Shown in pieces: positions 57,513 through 64,000 of a DNA stretch of 64,000 bases. Each line of letters opens with the position of its first letter. The first letter of the stretch is position 1. The notes beneath the pieces are model-generated. The model saw only the letters and a program-made list of their open reading frames with translations. It had not been told where the DNA came from and made no database searches. Source of the stretch: an uncultured Actinomycetes bacterium (GTDB lineage Bacteria; Actinomycetota; Thermoleophilia; UBA2241); contig CAVRZA010000001.1 in the NCBI GenBank assembly GCA_963725665.1, positions 352,001-416,000 of the forward strand. The letters run 5' to 3'. Both the position numbers and the translations under genes were made by a program.

Positions 57513-60218
57513 GTGGAGATCCTAGACGCAGTCGATATCGTCGAACTCGCTATCGACGGGCGCATTGTGAGCGCCGCGTCGGGCATGAGCATCCTGCAGG
57601 CCGCGCGTGCCGCCGGCATCGACATCCCCTCGCTCTGTCAGGACGACAGGCTAGAGCCGTTCGCCGCCTGTCGCCTCTGCCTCGTCGAGGTCGAGGGCGC
57701 GCGCGCCCCGCTCGTCTCGTGCGCGACGCCGGTCGCCGAGGCGATGGTGGTCACGACGGAGAGCGATGACCTCGCCGAGACGCGCAGGGTGCTCCTCGAG
57801 CTGCTGCTCTCCGACCACCACAACGACTGCATCATTTGCGATCGCTCCGGGCAGTGCCGTCTGCAGGAGCTGGCCTATCGCTACGGCGTCGGCGAGACTG
57901 GCTTCGGCGGAGAGGAACGCGAGTACCCGGTCCGCGACGACAACCCCTTCGTCGGCTACGACCCAGCCAAGTGCATCCTGTGCGGCCGCTGCGTCGGCAT
58001 CTGCGAGCAGGTGCAGCAGTGCCACGTGCTCGACTTCGCCGAGCGCGGGTTCCCGTCGCTGATCTCGACCTCCTTCGGCCGCTCCATGCTCGAGACCGAG
58101 TGCGAGCTGTGCGGCAACTGCGTCTCGTCTTGTCCTACGGGCGCCCTCTACGACATCCCGAGCAAGCGCGCCGGGCGCACCTGGGACGCGACCGTCGTCG
58201 ACACCGTCTGCCCCTTCTGCGGGTGCGGTTGTCAGGTACAGCTGCACGTGGTCGGCGGGCGTGTGGTACGCGTCACGGCCGACGTGGCCAGGGCGCCGAA
58301 CCACGGCAACCTTTGCGTCAAGGGACGCTATGGCTATTCCTTCATCAACCATCCGGAGCGACTCACGCAGCCACTCATCCGCGTCGACGGCGATCTTGTG
58401 CCGACCGGCTGGGACGAGGCTCTCGAACTCGTCGCCGGGAGGCTGGGGCGCATCAAGGCCGAACACGGCCCCGACGCTCTCGCCGGCTTCGCCTCTGCTC
58501 GCTGTACCAACGAGGAGAACTACCTCTTCCAGAAGCTCATGCGCGCCGTCCTGGGCACGAACAACGTCGATCACTGTGCGCGGCTCTGCCACGCATCGAC
58601 CGTTTCTGGTCTGGCTCAGTCGTTGGGCAGCGGCGCCATGACCAATGGGTTCGGCGACCTCGCGACCTCAGAGGTGGTCCTTGTCATCGGCTCCAACACG
58701 ACCGAGTCGCATCCCATCGGCGCCCTCGCTATCAAGAAGGCCGTGCGAAACGGTGCGCGGCTGATCGTTGCCGACCCGCGCGAGATCGACATCGCGCACC
58801 GCGCCGACCTGCACCTGCAGCTCCGTCCTGGCACGAACGTCGCCCTGCTCGACGGGCTCGCGCACGTGATCGTGACCGAGGGTCTGGTCGACGAGGGGTT
58901 CGTGCGCGAGCGCACGGAGGACTATGAGCTGGTACGCGAGGCCGTGCTGCCCTACACGCCCGAGCTCGTCGAGCAGATCACCGGCGTGGCGGCCGACGAC
59001 GTGCGCCGCGCCGCGCGGATGTACGCGGCGGCGGGCAGCGCGGCGATCGTCTATGCCATGGGCATCACCCAGCACTCGCACGGCACAGAGCACGTCCTCG
59101 CTATCTCGAATCTGGCGCTCTTGACCGGGAACGTGGGCCGACCCGGCACCGGCGTGAACCCCCTGCGCGGCCAGAACAACGTCCAGGGCGCCTGCGACGC
59201 GGGGGCGCTGCCGGACGTCTACTCCGGCTATCAGAAGGTCAGCGACGAGGCGGCGCGGGTGAAGATGAGCGCCGCCTGGGGCGCGGAGCTTCCCGAGGCT
59301 CCGGGCCTCGCCCTGACCGAGGCCGTCAACGCCATGTTCGAGGGCGGTGTCAAGGGCCTCATCGTCATGGGTGAGAACCCGCTCCTCTCCGACCCCGACA
59401 TCACCCACGCCGAGGAGGCTCTCAAGAAGCTCGACTTCCTCGTCGTGCAGGACATCTTCCTCAGCGAGACGGCCAAGCTGGCGGACGTCGTGCTCCCAGC
59501 GACGAGCTTCGCCGAGAAGGACGGTACCTTCACCAACACCGAACGCAAGGTGCAGCGTGTGCGCAAGGCCGTCCAGGCTCCCGGCGAAGCGCGAGCGGAC
59601 TGGGAGATCATCGTCGCCCTCGCCAACCGTCTCGGAGCGACGCCGGCCTGGAGCTACGACGGGCCGGCGTCGATCATGGCCGAGATGGCCGCGCTGACGC
59701 CGTCGTACGGCGGCATCAGCTTCGAGCGCCTCGACCACGACGGCCTCTGCTGGCCCTGCCCGACGCCCGACCATCCCGGCACCCCCATTCTGCACATCGG
59801 TCGCTTCACCCGGGGCCTGGGCAAGTTCTTCCCCGTCGTCTATCAGCCTCCGGCGGAGGAAGCTGGCGAGGAGTACCCTCTGACGTTGACCACCGGCCGG
59901 CTGCTCGAGCACTACCACACGGGGACGATGACGCGTCGCGTGGAGGGTCTCAACGAGCTGGTCCCGACCGGCTTCGTCGAGGTCAACCCCGCCGACGCCG
60001 AACGCCTCGGCGTCGACGACGGCGCGCGGGTGACGCTCGAGACGAGGCGCGGCAGCATCGAGGTGCCGGCGCTCGTGACCGATCGTGTCGACGAGGGCAC
60101 CGTCTTCGTGCCTTTCCACTTCTGGGAATCACCGGCCAACCGACTGACCAACGCGGCCCTGGATCCTGTGGCCAAGATCCCCGAGTTCAAGGTCTGCGCC
60201 TGTCGCCTTCTCGCCTGA
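57513..60218 (+). CDS. fdhF: Formate dehydrogenase alpha subunit with N-terminal Fe-S domains; Cys (not Sec) ligand
   Basis: ACRLCLVE, HHNDCIICDRSGQC, CILCGRC, CPFCGCGC, DHCARLCHAS, PLRGQNNVQGACD; start chosen from TACAAT and GGAG. Confidence 0.92.
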   Translation: MEILDAVDIVELAIDGRIVSAASGMSILQAARAAGIDIPSLCQDDRLEPFAACRLCLVEVEGARAPLVSCATPVAEAMVVTTESDDLAETRRVLLELLLSDHHNDCIICDRSGQCRLQELAYRYGVGETGFGGEEREYPVRDDNPFVGYDPAKCILCGRCVGICEQVQQCHVLDFAERGFPSLISTSFGRSMLETECELCGNCVSSCPTGALYDIPSKRAGRTWDATVVDTVCPFCGCGCQVQLHVVGGRVVRVTADVARAPNHGNLCVKGRYGYSFINHPERLTQPLIRVDGDLVPTGWDEALELVAGRLGRIKAEHGPDALAGFASARCTNEENYLFQKLMRAVLGTNNVDHCARLCHASTVSGLAQSLGSGAMTNGFGDLATSEVVLVIGSNTTESHPIGALAIKKAVRNGARLIVADPREIDIAHRADLHLQLRPGTNVALLDGLAHVIVTEGLVDEGFVRERTEDYELVREAVLPYTPELVEQITGVAADDVRRAARMYAAAGSAAIVYAMGITQHSHGTEHVLAISNLALLTGNVGRPGTGVNPLRGQNNVQGACDAGALPDVYSGYQKVSDEAARVKMSAAWGAELPEAPGLALTEAVNAMFEGGVKGLIVMGENPLLSDPDITHAEEALKKLDFLVVQDIFLSETAKLADVVLPATSFAEKDGTFTNTERKVQRVRKAVQAPGEARADWEIIVALANRLGATPAWSYDGPASIMAEMAALTPSYGGISFERLDHDGLCWPCPTPDHPGTPILHIGRFTRGLGKFFPVVYQPPAEEAGEEYPLTLTTGRLLEHYHTGTMTRRVEGLNELVPTGFVEVNPADAERLGVDDGARVTLETRRGSIEVPALVTDRVDEGTVFVPFHFWESPANRLTNAALDPVAKIPEFKVCACRLLA

Positions 60219-60440
60219 CCGGCGTGAGCGACGACATCGAGCCCGTGACGGGCTCGCGGGCGGCCGCCCGGCTGTCGGTGTACTGGCGCGCCGGCGACGC
60301 CGAGCAGGCGGCCCCTCTCTTCACCGCCGACCGCGTCCGTGGTCACTTCGAGCTTGCCGCCGGATGGGGGCGCTGACGGGCGAGTCTCGCCGCCGTGGGA
60401 GCCTCCGTTTCCGGGCTGTGGCAGCCGGGGTAGGCTCCCC

Positions 60441-61148
60441 TTGATCCCCCTGTACGACGATCTTCCGACGCGGCGCTTCCCGTGGATGACGGTGACGCTG
60501 ATCGTCGCCAACGTGCTCGTCTTCGTCTACGAGCTTCTCCTGAGCGGCGGGGCCGGGGGCCGGCTCGATCTGTTCTTCTTCCGCGCCGGCTTCGTCCCGT
60601 ACGAGCTCACGCACCTCGTCGACGTCCCGCCGGCGGACCTGGTGCCGCCGCCGTTCACCGTGTTCACGGCGATGTTCGTGCACGAAGGATGGCTGCACAT
60701 CATCGGCAACATGCTGTTCCTGTGGATCTTCGGCAACAACGTCGAGGACGCCATGGGCAGGGCCAGGTTCCTGACCTTCTACCTGATGTGCGGGGTCGCG
60801 GCGGCCTATGCCCAGACGGCCGTCCGCCCCGACTCGACCGTCCCCAACATCGGCGCCAGTGGCGCCATAGCCGGGGTCTTGGGCGCCTACATCCTGCTCT
60901 ATCCGCGCGCCCGGGTGCTCACCCTGGTGCCGGTGTTCATCTTCTTCCTGCCCATCATCATGCTCCCCGCGTGGGTGGTCATCGCCGCCTGGTTCGTGCT
61001 GCAGCTCTTCGGTGGCCTGCTGTCGTTGGGAGCTGCCGCCGGCGGTGGTGTAGCCTTCTTCGCACACGTGGGCGGGTTCGTCGCCGGTCTGCTCCTGGTG
61101 GGCCTGTTCGCGCGGCGCAGACCCCGTCCGCGGGGGATCGTGTACTAG
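60441..61148 (+). CDS. Rhomboid family intramembrane serine protease
   Basis: MFVHEGWLHIIGNMLFL, IGASGAIAG, AHVGGF. Confidence 0.92.
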   Translation: MIPLYDDLPTRRFPWMTVTLIVANVLVFVYELLLSGGAGGRLDLFFFRAGFVPYELTHLVDVPPADLVPPPFTVFTAMFVHEGWLHIIGNMLFLWIFGNNVEDAMGRARFLTFYLMCGVAAAYAQTAVRPDSTVPNIGASGAIAGVLGAYILLYPRARVLTLVPVFIFFLPIIMLPAWVVIAAWFVLQLFGGLLSLGAAAGGGVAFFAHVGGFVAGLLLVGLFARRRPRPRGIVY

Positions 61149-61159
61149 AGGAGGATGGA

Positions 61160-61970
61160 GTGAGTCGAACCCCTCGCCGGGCTGGCCGACTACCACACGC
61201 ACTCGCGCTTCTCCGACGGGGAGGGCGAGCTCGACGATGTCGTCGGGCGAGCCCTCGACCTCGGCTTGAGCGAACTGGGGATCTGTGACCACCTGGTGCC
61301 GACGGCGTTCGACGAGCCCGGCTACGGCCTCGACCACGGCCGGCTGGGTGAGTACGTGGCGGCCGTGCGCGCGGCCGCCGCGGCCGCGCCGGGCATCCGC
61401 GTGCTGCTCGGCCTCGAGATCGACTTCATCCCGGGCACCGGGGACGAGATCGTGGCGCTCTTGGACGGCCTTCCGCTCGACTACGCGTTGCTGTCGGTGC
61501 ACCTCGTCGACGGGTTCGACTTCGCCGACGACGGGCTACGCGACGACGAGCGCTGGCGCGACGTCGACGGCATCTTCAGGCGCTACTACGAGCTCATCGC
61601 AGAGGCGGCGTCGTGGGCCCCGCAGCCCGCGGCCGTGGTGGCCCACCCCGACGTCGTGAGCAGGTTCGGGCACGCTCCCTCACGGCAACCCGACGAGGAG
61701 CAGGACACGGCGCTCAGGGCTATCGCCGACGCCGGTCTGGCGCTCGAGCTCAATACCGACGGATGCCGCTGGCCCGGACCGGGCGGTGAGTCGTCACGCC
61801 GGCTTCTGCGCCGCGCCCGCGAGCTGGGCGTCCCTCTGACGCTCGGCTCCGACGCCCACGCGCCACGCGAGGTGGGCGCGGGCTTCGCCGACGCCGTCGG
61901 CGAAGCCCGCGCCGCCGGCTACTCGACCTACCTGCGCCTGTCGGACAGGACGGAGGTGCCGCTGCCGTGA
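61160..61970 (+). CDS. PHP-domain histidinol-phosphatase (HisJ) family protein; probable frameshift just after the GTG start
   Basis: DYHTHSRFSDG, ICDH, GLEID, SVH, AHPD, ELNT, GSDAH. The coding frame is closed by TGA 61161-63, while the RBS fits GTG 61160. Confidence 0.8.
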
Positions 61971-62860
61971 GCCCCGTGGCCGGCAGGCACATGGCCGCCA
62001 TCTTCAACCCCACCGCGGGCGGCGGTCAGTTCCGGCGCGACCTGCCGCTGATTGTCGAGTCCCTCCACAGCCTCGGCTGGGATGTCGCGGAGAAGCCCAC
62101 TGAGGGCGAGGGTCACGCCACCCTGCTGGCGCACGAGGCGCTCGAAGAGGGCGTCGATCGCGTGGTCGTCATCGGCGGCGACGGCACCGTCAACGAGGCG
62201 CTGAACGGTCTCGCCGGAAGCGATGTGCCGCTGGCCATCGTGCCCACCGGCACCGTCAACGTCCTCGCCCTCGAGCTCGGTCTCCCGCTCGATCCCCCAG
62301 ACGCGGTGCGCGTCGCCGCCGAGGCGCGCGCCACGCGCATTGACCTCGGCCTGGCGGGAGAGCGCTACTTCGCCCTCATGGCCGGCGTGGGCTTCGACGC
62401 CGACGTCGTGTCGCGCGTGAGGCCGGTGATGAAACGGGCGCTGAAAGAGCTGGCCTTCGTGCTTCAGGGCCTCACCACGGCCCTCACCGCCGAGCATCCG
62501 CTGGTGCAGGTCGAGTGCGACGACCGCTGCACCGAGGGCTACTTCGTCGTCTTGGGCAACGCGCGCAACTACGGCGGCAGCTTCGGCATAACCCCACTCG
62601 CCGACATGCGCGACGGGTTGCTCGACGTCGTGGTGCTCAAGGACATGGGGTTCTTCAGCGTCGCCCACTACTGGCTGGCCGCACTCCTCAGCGCGCACCT
62701 CCAGCACCCGAAGGTAGAATACTTCCGCACCGCCTCGGCGCGTCTGAGGGTCGCGGAGGGTGACGCCCCGGTGCTCGTGCAGACCGACGGCGAGGTCGCC
62801 GGCCGGCTGCCGCTCGAGTGTCGCGTTGTCCCGGGAGCGCTCAGGATCGTGACCCCCTAG
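61967..62860 (+). CDS. Diacylglycerol kinase family lipid kinase (YegS/BmrU)
   Basis: FNPTAG, GGDGTVNE, PTGTVN, GVGFDA, QTDGE. Confidence 0.9.
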   Translation: MSPVAGRHMAAIFNPTAGGGQFRRDLPLIVESLHSLGWDVAEKPTEGEGHATLLAHEALEEGVDRVVVIGGDGTVNEALNGLAGSDVPLAIVPTGTVNVLALELGLPLDPPDAVRVAAEARATRIDLGLAGERYFALMAGVGFDADVVSRVRPVMKRALKELAFVLQGLTTALTAEHPLVQVECDDRCTEGYFVVLGNARNYGGSFGITPLADMRDGLLDVVVLKDMGFFSVAHYWLAALLSAHLQHPKVEYFRTASARLRVAEGDAPVLVQTDGEVAGRLPLECRVVPGALRIVTP

Positions 62861-62921
62861 GGCCCCGGCACGGCCTCCAGCAGCGGCTGCTCGGTTGCGG
62901 CCGGTCCGCTCGCCCCGAGGT

Positions 62922-63761
62922 TCAGCCTATGGCGATGAGTGCCACGCCGGCCAGCGCGCCGGCAATGCCCGCCTCCTGGTGGCGCGCGATCCTCTCACCG
63001 AGCACCATGCGCGCCAGGATCACCGTCGTGACCGGGAAGAGCGAGGCGATGACGGCGACGATGCTCAGGTAGCCGACGGTGGTCGCTACGGCAAAGAGGC
63101 CCGTGGCTCCCGTGTCGAGTGCTCCGATGCCGACGAGCGCCAGAGCGTCCGCGCCGCGCGTCCTGCGCGCGGGCCGCAGCACAAGGAGCGCGGCCAGGAG
63201 GAGGACGAGGGAGACGATTCGCGCGCCGAGGAGCGCCCAGTAGGGATCGGCTCTTGACGCCGCGTCGAGCCCGGTGAGCATGACGCCACTGCCCAGGGCG
63301 GCGAGCAAGGCGAGCCCCAGGCCGAGGGTGCTCAAGCGCTGTCTTCTCGCGCCGTCACCGCCCGAGACCGCCAGGAGCACCCCGGCCACGGCGATGACCA
63401 TGCCCGCAGCCTGCAGCCCCGACGGACGTTCCCCTTGAGCCAGGCCGACGGCGACCGGGACGACGGGATAGGTCGCTGCGATGGGGGCGACGATGCTCAT
63501 GGGGCCGATGGAGAGTGCCTTGAAGAGGCAGGTGAAGGCAACGATGCTGCCCACGCCCGAGATCAGGACCGGCCAGAGCGGACCGAAGCCGGGGAACGGC
63601 CCTCCCGCAAACATAACGGCGACCACGGCGATCGCGACCCCGCCGACCAGGATGAGGCCCACCACCGACGCGAGGGGGACGCGTCGCGCCCGCAGACCGC
63701 CGAGGAAGTCAGTGCACCCCCAGGCGATGCTGGCCGTGAAAGCAAGCGCGATGGCGGTCAC
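62922..63761 (-). CDS. EamA/DMT family transporter
   Basis: Ten TM segments in two repeats; GPMSIVAP, GERP, GERI. Confidence 0.88.
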   Translation of the reverse strand: MTAIALAFTASIAWGCTDFLGGLRARRVPLASVVGLILVGGVAIAVVAVMFAGGPFPGFGPLWPVLISGVGSIVAFTCLFKALSIGPMSIVAPIAATYPVVPVAVGLAQGERPSGLQAAGMVIAVAGVLLAVSGGDGARRQRLSTLGLGLALLAALGSGVMLTGLDAASRADPYWALLGARIVSLVLLLAALLVLRPARRTRGADALALVGIGALDTGATGLFAVATTVGYLSIVAVIASLFPVTTVILARMVLGERIARHQEAGIAGALAGVALIAIG

Positions 63762-63776
63762 GATGCCGGCGGCTCG

Positions 63777-64000
63777 CTAGAGCTTCATCAACGCCGCCAG
63801 CGAGCGCAGCCGGCTCGCGTACTCCTTGCGTTCCTTCTCGCCGCGTTCCGCCAGCTCCCCCGCCGAGGCCACGGGGACCACGCGGAACGCCGGGCTGTCG
63901 ACGACGCGCAGGTCGAGCGCGTCGCGCGCACCACTGGGCGCCTCGTGGAAGAGCTTGCCGAGCACGAAGTCGGCGGTCTCGCGGCCGATGGGCACGACGT
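63777..64000 (-). CDS. C-terminal part of an unidentified protein, truncated by window edge
   Basis: Open frame from the edge to TAG 63777 with typical codon usage. Confidence 0.55.
   Translation of the reverse strand, partial: VVPIGRETADFVLGKLFHEAPSGARDALDLRVVDSPAFRVVPVASAGELAERGEKERKEYASRLRSLAALMKL

Noticed and set aside
61155-61163. ATG-GAG-TGA in frame with the PHP gene as a selenocysteine site
   Set aside because: No SECIS-like hairpin, no conserved Cys expected there, and the RBS abuts the ATG. A GTG start at 61160 plus a homopolymer indel is simpler.
1-64000. tRNA-Pyl, tRNA-Sec, other tRNA/rRNA, CRISPR arrays, cobalamin riboswitch, transposases
   Set aside because: None was recognisable by eye in the intergenic gaps. 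A covariance-model scan (tRNAscan-SE, Aragorn, Infernal) is needed to exclude them formally.

Overview
This window comes from a very GC-rich bacterium. Gene style (lipoprotein signal, probable leaderless genes, SCP2/GDE pair) suggests Actinomycetota, possibly Thermoleophilia; that assignment is inference. About 57 CDSs cover sugar use, stress and aromatic detoxification, c-di-GMP/two-component signalling, thiol redox, and a block of anaerobe-type enzymes (AOR, LarA, 2-oxoacid:ferredoxin oxidoreductase, FdhF). The main signal is genetic-code expansion. A trimethylamine methyltransferase gene (45643-47130) has one in-frame TAG (46624-46626) at the conserved pyrrolysine position and is coupled to a corrinoid protein gene. 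It lies in an unusual aminotransferase-AOR-LarA-TetR-mttBC cluster. An FmdB zinc-ribbon gene ends TGA-GGA-TGA with a SECIS-like GGUC hairpin at about the canonical spacing, so it is a candidate selenoprotein. Other oddities: a full-length CobB-fold protein lacking its catalytic motifs, two Arg-rich DRR/ERR microproteins (one with CX3CX2C, next to a diguanylate cyclase), a uxaE patch beside an archaeal-type pgk relic, and recurring long GC palindromes. Several single-base frameshifts look like sequencing errors. No rRNA, tRNA, CRISPR array or transposase was recognised by eye.
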